From a virus, in IMG/VR virus record IMGVR_UViG_3300045922_000122, positions 21,622 to 85,621 of that record: a stretch of 64,000 nucleotides of DNA; one strand, given 5' to 3'. The position numbers and the translations under genes are program-made. This document shows positions 8,621-19,300 of this stretch, piece by piece. The stretch's first letter is position 1. Every line of letters starts with the position of its first letter. The notes below the pieces were generated by a model. That model saw only the letters and a program-made list of their open reading frames with translations, was not told where the DNA came from and ran no database searches.

Positions 8621-11600
8621 TTACTTCCAGTATTCTTCTCCAGACCATATAGTTATATTTCTAACAGCTTCACTTGTAACAGGAAATAATTTACCTATAT
8701 ATTTAATAGGTTTGTACTTCTTTTGCATTTCTTCGCTTCCTACAAGTACACCAACAGTATTACCAGTAAAATGAGCTGTAAAATTAACAACATCTGTAAG
8801 TGTAGCTGTTACAGCAAATGGACTTTTTACAATAGCATTAAAAGAAATAGGGTTAACAAAAAATGCTAATTCGTCTTTAAATCTAGTAACTGTTTTTATA
8901 GTAAATTTTCTAAAACCATCTAATTCTTCATCATCATCATCTCCGCCTTTTACTAATACTACTAATGCAAATACACTTAGAAGTGCTTGAAGCTCCATTA
9001 TAGAAGCTTTTACATTTCCTTTCATAAGAGATACATAAGCTTCTTTAGCTCTTTTTATATCTTCAGGGTTATTAATATCTCCACCCATTTTCGTTATTAA
9101 AAAATTTCTATTCTCTTCTTGTAATAAATCAAATTTATTTTCAAATATCTCATCCAAATTAGTACCTATACCAACAATCATACCTAAAGTTTTAGTAGCA
9201 TTTTTAATTATGTTATCTGATATAAAATCTTTAAAAGCTCTATATCTTCCTATTTCAAATTCCTCTGTATTAACATTATATTTTAAACTACCTCCTCTTG
9301 TAGAAAGTAATCTAGGAATCCAATTTCTAAATTGCATTAATGCTCTACCTAATATATATTGATTAACTAACATTATATCATAAGTAGGAGCTACACCCAT
9401 TATAGTTTTAGATACTTCTAATACTTTTCTTCTAAATTTTAAATATTCTTCATTAGAAGCAGCATCAGTAAGACCTTTAATATATAAAGTATCACCTTTT
9501 ATTTCAGTTAAATCTTTTATAGACTTAGAACCTTTAGGAAGTTTACTTAAATGTTTTATCTTACCATCAGCATCAATACCATGAGATTGTAGCATTGCTA
9601 ATAATATTGAATTTATAATAAGGCTATCTGTACCTTTTTGAAGAGCATATATTTTATCATAGGTAAAAAATTTCTCTGCTGCACTTACAGAAAGATTATT
9701 AGCTTTATTAAATCCTTCCATATCACCCATAATATCAAAATATCTTAAAGTAGCAAGTAAATCTTTATTCAAAGCACCTGAAGTAAATGCTCCTATACCA
9801 TGTAAAAATTGACTTCTTGTATAAAAAGTACCTTTAGCTCCTTCTATCAAAGCATTAGTAATACCACCAAAAGCATTAGCAGAAGCTGATACAAAGTTTA
9901 ATCCTAGAGCTTTAGCAGAAACATATTTTAATATTTTATTAAATACTTTAAAAGCACTAATTTCAAAATCATAATCCTCGTATATTACATTACCATCAGC
10001 ATCTCTTTTTATATTACCTTTATCATCGTAAACTGGTCTTTTTCTTTTTATTGTAAAAGATTTATCTGTTTTGATATTCAATCCATAAATAGCTTCAGCC
10101 ATAAAATCTCTAAAGGCTTCTAAAGTATTACTTTCTAAAGCACTTTTAGTTTTATATACACCGTTTTCTTTTTTAGGTCTACCTAATAAATCTGTTACAT
10201 ATAGTTTTTCTAGTTTTAAAGCTTCATATAATAAATGTGCAGAATCTTCTATTTCTCTCATGTGAACGTTATTATAATATTGCATTGCCCACAAAGAAAG
10301 AACTTTTCCTAAATCTGTTGAAGCTTTTTGCCCTAACTTTTCAGTATAAGGTATAGGTATTTTATAATCTATTTCTCCTGTAATAGTATTAAGCTCACCG
10401 TAATTACCTTGATAACTAGCACTTATTTCGTTGAAAAATCTATCTTTAAGTCCAGATATAGCACCTATTCCTACATTATTTAATTGCTCTATAAAGCTTT
10501 GCATTATTTGCGGTATAAAATTTCCTTCATATTCTAGACCTAAATCTTTTCTACTTTTAATTATAAAGTCAGTAAATAAATCATAAAATTCTTTTAATTC
10601 TGGAGTTTTTTGAATAGTTTCATATTCTTTAGACTTAGGTAAATCTTCTTTAAGTCTTAAATAATAACTATTTTTATTTAAATAAACATAAGAATATTTT
10701 TCTGCATTGTATTTTTTATCAAAAAGTTCTACTTTTTCTTTTACTAATTTTTCTTTTTGTTCTTTAGGTTCATTTTTAAAATACTCTTCCCAGTATTTTT
10801 TATTAGATTCAGCAGCTTTATTAAAAGCTTCTTTATCAAAATTATAAAACTTCTTTAAAGTATTGTAATCTTTTTCTTCTCTAGCCTTTTTTATAGCTTC
10901 AAATATACTTCTATCGTATTTATCTATTAAGATAATATTACCTTTATAATCTCTTTTTATCATGTAATTAAACATGTCTTTTAAAGGTATACCTCTAGAA
11001 ATAGAATATTCTTCTAATTTTTTAACAGCACTTTCTATCTTTTTATTAAATTCATCTATAGCTACTTTTGTTTTATTTTTACTACCTATTACTAATTTAT
11101 AAAGAGCTTGTATTTTTGGATGCTGTTGAGTAGAAAAACTATTAAATAATTTTGTCCATATTCCTATATCAGCTTGAGGTAAATCGCTACCAGTAATATT
11201 TTCATTAGCTAAAATTCTTTTTACTTCTGTTTTTACTTTGTCTTCAAATAAGTCCTTACCTTCTTCTATAAGTTCTCTAAACCTATTTATCTTTTCTCTT
11301 ATAGTATTATAATGTTCATCTGGTATATTTTTTCTATATTGATTAAAGTTTATAGATTTATAAAATTCAAAAGAAGAGTTCATTGCTGCTAATCTACTAA
11401 TGTTAGTTTCTAACATCATATTTTGCAACTCGTAAATAGCAGTATTTAAAAACTTATCTATATTTTTAGTAAGCTGTAAATTTGTAATAGTTTCATTTAA
11501 AGTCTTTATTCTATTTGTATTTTTAACTTTTTCTTCTTCTGTAGTAGCAGGTACTTTAAGTATCTTATCTCTTTCTTTAATTAAACCATCTATAATACTA

Positions 11601-13618
11601 TCTATTGTTTTATTTCCTGTACGTTCTTCTTCTATAGGAATTGGATTTAAATACTTTTTATCTTCATTGTATTGTAAATTTCCTATTTCAATTCCTGTAA
11701 CTTCCCAATCAACTGGTTTTTTATCTTTAAAAATAGTCTTAACATTTAAGTTAATAGGTATAAGTCTAGTTTTACCTTCTTGATTAATACCATAAGCTTT
11801 TTCAAGTATGTTTCCATATTCTTTTGCTTGGTTAAGGTATTCTTCTTTTTTAGTTTTATATAAAGTATCGTATATAACTTTACCGTCTTTTTTAATAAAT
11901 TCTGTAAATTTATAATCTATTATATCTCTTTTTAATTTACCATTTTCTTTATATATTACTATTAAGTCTACAGTACCAGCGACCTTTTTTTCTTTATCTC
12001 CTATAATTTGTTCTGTTAAAAATATACTTCCTTTAGGATATTTATTTACTAAAAGTTCTGCAAACATTTCAATTTTAGCAACATCTTCTATTAATATACC
12101 ATCTACAACTTCTCTAGGAATGTTAATATTCTTCTCTCTCATTTCAACAGCTCTATTAATAGCTTTTTGTAGCTGTTGATGCCCTAAAATACCATATCTT
12201 TTATTTACATCATCGTGAATACGTTGCAAATCTGACCTATTTATATCTTTATTGCCTTTGACTTTTCTTGTAACAGTAGTTTTAAATTCTACACCATCTT
12301 CGCTATAATAAAATTCTTCTTCTCCTTTAGAGTTTATTCTTGAGTTTCTAACAATCCTCCTTTCTCTTATCTTATCGGCAGCATTTTTAATTTCCCTTAA
12401 ATCTTCTTCTGAATATTCACTAACTTGTAAAGCACTTAAATCGTTTTCTATATTACTACCATCTGTTATTAAATCGCTAGTATCTTCAAACAGAATTTTC
12501 ATTGCTGTATAGTCAAAAGTATTAGTCTTAAATTTATTAAATAGATTAGTTAAATATTCTATTATTTTATCAAAAATACTTTTAACTTTATTTATTTCTT
12601 TAGTAAGTCTATCAAATTGTTCTTTAGTTAAATCTGTTCTACCTGCCCTATACTGACGCATTATACTTGCAGTTATTAATTTAACAGCAGCTTCTTCTTT
12701 AAATTCTAATTCTGTTGTATATATACCTGCATAATCTTCAAGTACTTGTTTATAAGTTTCAGTATTTTTAACTTCGCTCATCATTTTTTGGTACAAATAA
12801 GTACCTCTCATCATCCATAAAATAACGTGAGCAGTTTCTTCTGGTATAGTATCTGCATTTCTATTTTTTTCTAAAACTTCTACTATATATCTAAGATTTC
12901 TTTTTAAATATACAGCTCTACCAAAAGCATCAGGTATAGGATTTCCTTCAGCATCTTTTATGCTATCTAATCCTTTAACATCTACACCTAATTTTCTAAG
13001 AAAATTTACCAATTTATACTCTAAATTAGCATCTTTTCTTGTAGGATAATTATTTTTAATTTCAGCAGTAACTCTATTATATTCTCCAGTAACAGATACA
13101 TTTATATTTAATAAAGGATATTTTGCTTCAAATTCTTTTTTAAGTCTAGCTGGACTAATTCTATAACTAAATGTACGATTTTCACTATTAAATTGTTCTA
13201 ATTGTTTTTGTGCAGCAGAACTTTTAATGCTATAACTAATATCTTCTTTTATATTTTTAGCTACATTATCCATTTCTTTAATATAAGCTTGCTTTAAACT
13301 TTCAATATCTAAAAGTTCTATTTTAGGACTGTAAGTTAATTTTATTTTACCTTTTTCAGCAGGTTCTGTAGTTACTGAAATAGCTGGATGGTTTTTATAT
13401 TTAGCTTTTTCTATACTAGCTACATCTTTATATACAAGTATACTTTTTATACCATCATTAAGTTTTTTAAGTATTTCTACAGAAGGTATAGTATTAACAT
13501 CTGTATTTGTCTTTTTGTTATAGTCTAATATTATAGCATCTATAACCAAAGAAGGTAAATTGTAATATCTTTGTATTTCTTTGTATCTAGTATGATTTCT
13601 ATTATAACAAATATTCAT
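8621..13618 (-). CDS. Giant virion cargo protein with degenerate zincin, PD-(D/E)xK nuclease-like domain and C-terminal membrane segments
   Basis: 1665 aa; EETAH...EE (12827-12841); AGTVDL...IIDYK (about 11910-11980); hydrophobic C-terminal helices; located next to the crAss-type RNAP. Confidence 0.8.
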   Translation of the reverse strand: MNICYNRNHTRYKEIQRYYNLPSLVIDAIILDYNKKTNTDVNTIPSVEILKKLNDGIKSILVYKDVASIEKAKYKNHPAISVTTEPAEKGKIKLTYSPKIELLDIESLKQAYIKEMDNVAKNIKEDISYSIKSSAAQKQLEQFNSENRTFSYRISPARLKKEFEAKYPLLNINVSVTGEYNRVTAEIKNNYPTRKDANLEYKLVNFLRKLGVDVKGLDSIKDAEGNPIPDAFGRAVYLKRNLRYIVEVLEKNRNADTIPEETAHVILWMMRGTYLYQKMMSEVKNTETYKQVLEDYAGIYTTELEFKEEAAVKLITASIMRQYRAGRTDLTKEQFDRLTKEINKVKSIFDKIIEYLTNLFNKFKTNTFDYTAMKILFEDTSDLITDGSNIENDLSALQVSEYSEEDLREIKNAADKIRERRIVRNSRINSKGEEEFYYSEDGVEFKTTVTRKVKGNKDINRSDLQRIHDDVNKRYGILGHQQLQKAINRAVEMREKNINIPREVVDGILIEDVAKIEMFAELLVNKYPKGSIFLTEQIIGDKEKKVAGTVDLIVIYKENGKLKRDIIDYKFTEFIKKDGKVIYDTLYKTKKEEYLNQAKEYGNILEKAYGINQEGKTRLIPINLNVKTIFKDKKPVDWEVTGIEIGNLQYNEDKKYLNPIPIEEERTGNKTIDSIIDGLIKERDKILKVPATTEEEKVKNTNRIKTLNETITNLQLTKNIDKFLNTAIYELQNMMLETNISRLAAMNSSFEFYKSINFNQYRKNIPDEHYNTIREKINRFRELIEEGKDLFEDKVKTEVKRILANENITGSDLPQADIGIWTKLFNSFSTQQHPKIQALYKLVIGSKNKTKVAIDEFNKKIESAVKKLEEYSISRGIPLKDMFNYMIKRDYKGNIILIDKYDRSIFEAIKKAREEKDYNTLKKFYNFDKEAFNKAAESNKKYWEEYFKNEPKEQKEKLVKEKVELFDKKYNAEKYSYVYLNKNSYYLRLKEDLPKSKEYETIQKTPELKEFYDLFTDFIIKSRKDLGLEYEGNFIPQIMQSFIEQLNNVGIGAISGLKDRFFNEISASYQGNYGELNTITGEIDYKIPIPYTEKLGQKASTDLGKVLSLWAMQYYNNVHMREIEDSAHLLYEALKLEKLYVTDLLGRPKKENGVYKTKSALESNTLEAFRDFMAEAIYGLNIKTDKSFTIKRKRPVYDDKGNIKRDADGNVIYEDYDFEISAFKVFNKILKYVSAKALGLNFVSASANAFGGITNALIEGAKGTFYTRSQFLHGIGAFTSGALNKDLLATLRYFDIMGDMEGFNKANNLSVSAAEKFFTYDKIYALQKGTDSLIINSILLAMLQSHGIDADGKIKHLSKLPKGSKSIKDLTEIKGDTLYIKGLTDAASNEEYLKFRRKVLEVSKTIMGVAPTYDIMLVNQYILGRALMQFRNWIPRLLSTRGGSLKYNVNTEEFEIGRYRAFKDFISDNIIKNATKTLGMIVGIGTNLDEIFENKFDLLQEENRNFLITKMGGDINNPEDIKRAKEAYVSLMKGNVKASIMELQALLSVFALVVLVKGGDDDDEELDGFRKFTIKTVTRFKDELAFFVNPISFNAIVKSPFAVTATLTDVVNFTAHFTGNTVGVLVGSEEMQKKYKPIKYIGKLFPVTSEAVRNITIWSGEEYWK

Positions 13619-13621
13619 ATT

Positions 13622-14017
13622 TTAATAGCATTTATCTAACATTTCTTTTGTTTTATCTACACCATGTACAGCAGCAAATATTCTAATAGCAGCTTCAGCT
13701 TCTTCTATTGTATTAACATTAAATGCTTTTAATGTTATTTCTTTAACAATGGGCGAAGATAATAATTTTTGTTTAAAATTACTAATTAAATTTTCAATAT
13801 TATTTTTATCAAATTGACTGGTTTCTGCTTTAGTAATATTATTATTTTTAACAAATTCTCTAAACCCTTCTATATCTTTTCTACCTGTTTGATTTACATA
13901 ATCAGTAAATGTTTGTATAGCTTGTTGTTTTTGTTCAGGTGTTATAGTATTAACACTTTTATATAATTCTTCTAAAGAATTATATCTTACTCCTCTATAT
14001 GTTGGTTTGCAGCTCAT
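13622..14017 (-). CDS. Small protein sharing the KDIEGFREFVK module with the RNAP C-terminus
   Basis: 131 aa; ATGA overlap with the upstream gene; contains one copy of the 43-bp repeat. Confidence 0.75.
   Translation of the reverse strand: MSCKPTYRGVRYNSLEELYKSVNTITPEQKQQAIQTFTDYVNQTGRKDIEGFREFVKNNNITKAETSQFDKNNIENLISNFKQKLLSSPIVKEITLKAFNVNTIEEAEAAIRIFAAVHGVDKTKEMLDKCY
13836..13878 (+). repeat. 43-bp direct repeat, copy 1
   Basis: ATATTATTATTTTTAACAAATTCTCTAAACCCTTCTATATCTT; 40/43 identical to 16665-16707. Confidence 0.9.
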
Positions 14018-16314
14018 TGTTTTTCTGTTTTATTATTTTGTTGATTTAAAAGACCTATACCAATAGCAGGAGGAATTATACCAAAAGCTTTTATTTCTCC
14101 TTTACCTTCTTTAAACTTTTTAGGTATATCAAATTCATACCAAGTATTACCTTTACTATCTGTAACTTTTTTAGGTTCTACGCCAAATAATTTTTTAATA
14201 ATCTTAGGTTGTTCTGCATATTTTTTAAGAATAGTTTGATGTTCAGGAGAATAATTTACTGAAGTTTCTTTTTTTCTATATCCTTGCACTTTAGCAGCAG
14301 TTTCAGGAGTAGGCAATCTTACTTTATTTATATCGCCTCTTTTACCTGCATAATCTACTAACTCTTGTAAATATCTTTTCTGATGATTTTTATCTAATAG
14401 TTGTTTTTGAGTAAAGTTTTCTATTTCTGCTTTTTTCATTAAATTAAATTCTTTTTGTTTTTTAGCCTCATTAAAAGCTCCTAACTTTAAAAGTTCTTTT
14501 TCTTGATTTTCCATATTCATTAAAGCTTTTAATTCAAAATCTTTATCAAAAGATTTTGGCATAATTCTATGAGTACCTTGAAAAGCATCAGATTGTATTT
14601 GAGTTACTGTTAATACATCAGGAGTTTCCTCATCTCTTAAAAAATGAATATGACCTAATGTTTCATCTGGATTACCATGAGCATTTGAACCTCTACCAAA
14701 TTTATTTTTATTTCCTAATATAAGAGTTTTGTTTTCTAATGGTAAAGATTTTGTATAATTTATAGCTGCCTCTTTATTTGGAAAATTTAAACCAAATATT
14801 CCTTCTATTTCATATTTACCCGAATTTTTATGAAAATATATTCTACTAGGGTCTTCAATAGCTTGTAAAATTTCTTTTTTATTACTAGGATATCCTATGT
14901 TCTCTAAACCATAATCACTCCTATAGTCAACAAGTCGTCTTTCTAAAGGAATAAGGTTTTCTTGTATTAATTTTCTAAAATCATTAAAATCCATTTTTTT
15001 AGGAATGTTTTCTCCTAACCATTGTTTAACTAAAGCTACTTTTTCAGCACCTCCTGATTCTTTACCTATAATTGATAAAGCTTGTTCTATGTTTATTAAT
15101 CCTGTTTTAGGTTCTACTATTTTACTAATAGGACCATCAGACATTGTAGATTTTAAATGTAGTCCAGGTAATTCTTCTAATTGCCAAGTTTTATCTTGTT
15201 TTTCAGTAGTATTATATTTTTGTATTAAAGCTTTGTTATCTAATATTTCTTTATCAAGTTTAGAAATAGCTTCTTCTTTACTTAATCCTTTTACAGCATC
15301 ATAGGAATCATCTAACTTTTTAAATTTACCTGTTTTGTATAATTTATTCCATATACTTAATCCAACAAGATTTAAAGGGTCTGTTACAATATCTTCTACA
15401 ATACCAGCTTTATTCTTCTTACCTTTAATAGCATCACTAAAAGAATAATCATCTTTATAAGCAGCTTGTACCATTTTAGAAGGTATAGTTAATGGATTTA
15501 GTATTTTAGAAGCATCACCTAATTTACTCATTATAGGATTATCAGCATACTCTTTTAACATTTCTTGCTTTTCTCTATCACTATAATCAGGAGAATTTAA
15601 AATGTTTTTAATTGTTTGTGATGGATTTTGTTCTATTAATGAAGTCAAACCTCTTTTAGTATCTGCCCATAAAGAAGATTGATATTTAGGATTTCTTTTA
15701 ACGAATTCTTCTTCTTTACTCGTCATTGAATTTAACCATTCAGCTCTACTTAAATTTCCTTGCGGTTTATTTTTAATTAATTGTTCAGAAACATAATCTA
15801 ATGATTTTTTTTCATATTCTTCATCAAGTCTTTTTGGATAATTTGTTTCTGTATTACCAAGACTTTTTGCAAAAGGTGTTAAATATTTTTGTATATAATC
15901 ATATTTAGGATTTGTTTTTTCATATTCTCTTTTATACTTTAACCAATCAGGAGCTTTATCTTCTACTACAAGTTCTTTTAAAGGAGTAGCTATATAAGTA
16001 TTAGTATTTTTATCATAAGTCATTAATTTACCTGAATTATATAAATCTTTATATTCTTTAGAAGATATATCATACTCTTTAATAATACCTTTTTCATCTT
16101 TAACTTTAATTTTCTTACTAGGAATAAGACTACCATCTTCTGCATAATCAGACATTACTGGTAATGTATCTACAAAAGCATCTACACAACTCCAGCACTT
16201 ATCTTTAATCATACTTTCTACTTTTGCTCTATCTTTTTTAGGTATAATTACAATATCTCCGTATGAATTACGAATTGCTAATTCACCGCCTTCTACTTCT
16301 ATTTGTTTTTTCAT
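14014..16314 (-). CDS. Putative virion cargo/effector protein (EVEGGE N-terminus, DPLNLVG segment, H-x-H...QIQSDxxQ domain)
   Basis: 766 aa; IEVEGGE at the start, YAEDG, TDPLNLVG, GHIHF...TQIQSDAFQ and a hydrophobic C-terminal tail. Confidence 0.7.
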   Translation of the reverse strand: MKKQIEVEGGELAIRNSYGDIVIIPKKDRAKVESMIKDKCWSCVDAFVDTLPVMSDYAEDGSLIPSKKIKVKDEKGIIKEYDISSKEYKDLYNSGKLMTYDKNTNTYIATPLKELVVEDKAPDWLKYKREYEKTNPKYDYIQKYLTPFAKSLGNTETNYPKRLDEEYEKKSLDYVSEQLIKNKPQGNLSRAEWLNSMTSKEEEFVKRNPKYQSSLWADTKRGLTSLIEQNPSQTIKNILNSPDYSDREKQEMLKEYADNPIMSKLGDASKILNPLTIPSKMVQAAYKDDYSFSDAIKGKKNKAGIVEDIVTDPLNLVGLSIWNKLYKTGKFKKLDDSYDAVKGLSKEEAISKLDKEILDNKALIQKYNTTEKQDKTWQLEELPGLHLKSTMSDGPISKIVEPKTGLINIEQALSIIGKESGGAEKVALVKQWLGENIPKKMDFNDFRKLIQENLIPLERRLVDYRSDYGLENIGYPSNKKEILQAIEDPSRIYFHKNSGKYEIEGIFGLNFPNKEAAINYTKSLPLENKTLILGNKNKFGRGSNAHGNPDETLGHIHFLRDEETPDVLTVTQIQSDAFQGTHRIMPKSFDKDFELKALMNMENQEKELLKLGAFNEAKKQKEFNLMKKAEIENFTQKQLLDKNHQKRYLQELVDYAGKRGDINKVRLPTPETAAKVQGYRKKETSVNYSPEHQTILKKYAEQPKIIKKLFGVEPKKVTDSKGNTWYEFDIPKKFKEGKGEIKAFGIIPPAIGIGLLNQQNNKTEKQ

Positions 16315-16315
16315 A

Positions 16316-19300
16316 TTATTTTAAAGTTTTTGAATTAATAACTAAACCATTTTTTGCTTTAATTTGACCTTGTTTACCAGTCATTTTAATAGTTCCATTA
16401 CTTATTTCTATATCAATACCTCCTCTTTCATGGGAAGCTCCTTTAAATTCTTTAACAATTTCCCATTTACCGCCTTTTGTAAATTTATTAAAACTCATTC
16501 CATCTTTAGCACAAGGATTACCTTCTTCATCTGTATATGTTATTTCAGATTCATCAATAACATCAAACCCTAAAGTTTTATATATTTCATTAGCTAATTG
16601 AAGATTTTTATCAAATAATTCTTCTACCTGTTGATTAATATTTTCATATTGATTATTTTCTACTATATTATCATTTTTAACAAACTCTCTAAAACCTTCT
16701 ATATCTTGTTTACTTCCTAGTATATGAACTTGTTCTGGTCTAAATACTACAAAAGATTCATCATTAGTCCCTTCTCCTGTATTAATATATACAAATCCAT
16801 CAAATTTTGAATTTAATAATTTATTTTCAACTATTTTTTTATCATTAATATCAGGAATTTCTTTTCCATTAAAAGTAGATTTATTAGGGTAATTATTTTT
16901 TACTTTAAACCAATCATCACCTTTTGGAACATCATAATCTTGATTTATTCCAGTTTCAAAACCAGCATTTTGTATATCTTTTATAAACCTTGCAGGAGAT
17001 TCATCTCCAGAATCTCTTTTAAATAGAGGATTTTTAATGTTTATAATACTCAAATACAATGATTTACCTTTTTCTTCAGCATATAATTTTCTAGTTAAAG
17101 CAGCTTTTTTAGAACCAAAATGAATAAAATTATTATTTTTTGGTATATATCCATAATGATAAACAATATCTTTAACTTTACTATCAGGAAATATAGTATC
17201 TAAATAAGCAGAATATTGTTCTAGAGTTCCAATAGAGGCTAATTCACGATATTGATTAAATAATTCTTTTACTCCTGTTTTAATCTGATTTTCTCTTTGA
17301 TTAAAAATACCACTAGCTCTATTTTGAAGTTCTCTTAATCTTTCAGAACTAAAACCAACTTCACCTGTTTCTAAATCAACTCTTTTTAGAAAAGCATCTG
17401 TAAGTATTTGTGTTAGTTCTTGTTTTTGTAGTTTAGATAATGAATTAAATTTATCCATTATCCATTTTACAAATTTAGTCCACCAATTCCAAGCTTCACC
17501 TCTTTGTTTAACAGCTTGTTCGCCAATAGACTGAACAAGAGCTTCTTCACTTCCCCACTTTCTAATAGCTTCTTGAACTATTGGTGTGTTTCTAAACCAA
17601 GCTATATAATGGTGAGCGTATTCGTGTGGTAATGTATCTATTCTTTGGTTTAAAGCATCTATAAGAACAGTACCGGCTTTAATATTAGCTTGACCTATTA
17701 TTCTATTAAGTTCATCTTTTTGAAATTGTATATTTCCAATTTTTTCAAAATATTTATATTTTCTAATAGCTTCATTAGAAATTACTTGATATAAATAAGA
17801 AGCATCAAAATTTGTAGATTTTAAAAAGTTTAAAACAGTATTATATTTATTAAATTGAGAATGAGCTTTATATCTATTTAAGATTAAATCTGAAAAAGTA
17901 TCTACTTTACTTATAGTATCTAATTTATTTATAGATAGATTTTTTACAATATTGTCTTTATTACTCCAATATTGTTTTAATAAAAATGCTGCTTGTTCAT
18001 TTGATTTATATTTAGATAAAATATTATAAGGTAAGTATGACCTTAAAGTATATTGTTGATTTTTATCAAACTTTTTAATAGCATTTTCTATACCTTCAAG
18101 TTTTACTTTTTTAGTAAAAGAAGCAAATAATCTTGAAAGCGAATAAACTTTATTTACATATTCATTTATTGATTTTAATTTTTGTAAATACTTCTCTCTT
18201 TTATCTAATAAATCATTTATAAAATCTTCAGATTTTAAATACTTATCTAAAGATTGTAAAGATTCTTCAAAATTATTGTAAGATATACGATTTTCAAAAC
18301 TATCACCTATTACTGACTTAACTAAAGAACGTAAACTAAAAGTACTTGTTTTTTTAGGTAGATATTCCCTAGTTTTTAATTTTAACTTGTTTTCATAATA
18401 TTTAATAACTTGTTTTTCTTCTTTTGAAGATAAAGGCTTTTCTTTAACTTCTTTTTTTCTGTTTTCTATTTCTTTTATATATTCTTCTATATAATTTTTT
18501 TCTTCATATTCAGAATTTTTTATTTCATTTTCTAAAAGATTAATATATTCTTTTGGATTACTAATATTTTGTTCAATGTATTCTCTAAACGGAGGCGTTG
18601 CATCCGCACCTGCCCATCCTTGAGCTTCTAATATACGATATATAAATCTACCTGCTTCTTTTGGACTTAGATTATAGTTAGCTTGAATATCATCTAATGT
18701 TAAAGGAATAAGTCTTGGTTTATATGTTTCTTTAACTTTTACATGTGAACCTAATCCAAAAAATTCATTAGATATAAACTCATGTTGAGGCATATCATAA
18801 ATATAAATAGCATTATTTATAGCTACAGCAGAAACATAATGAGTTATATCAAAATTTCCAAGAGGTGATTTTACAAAAACACTTAATTGGTCTCCATTAG
18901 GAGATGAAGGGTAAGGATTTAAACCTATTTTTTTTAAATATTCTGTAGATTCTTTTGCTGTAAAATTACAAATACCGTTAGGACATAAAGTATCTTGGTT
19001 TTCAAATAATTCAAATTTATTTATTTCATCTGGTATTGTTTGATTGAAAACATTTTTATCTGTTTCCCATGTAGGATTATTAGTAATATTTAATCCTAGT
19101 TCAGGATAAAGAGATTGTATTTTTTCTTGTAATTCTTTTACTAAGTTTAAATCTAAAGGATAATAATTATTATTACTAATTTGATTAAATGTTTGATTAT
19201 TACTTTTATTTATATATAAACCAACGCCGTTAAACGGTTGATATTCTAATCCTTTATCTAATAAATATTTTCTAATAGCACCTTCTCCAACAGAATTATG

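Noticed and set aside
16312-16325. Slippery heptamer T TTA AAA just before the RNAP stop, suggesting a frameshift fusion to the 766-aa gene
   Set aside because: A -1 shift meets TGA after two codons. The downstream ORF is in the +1 frame and has its own ATG.
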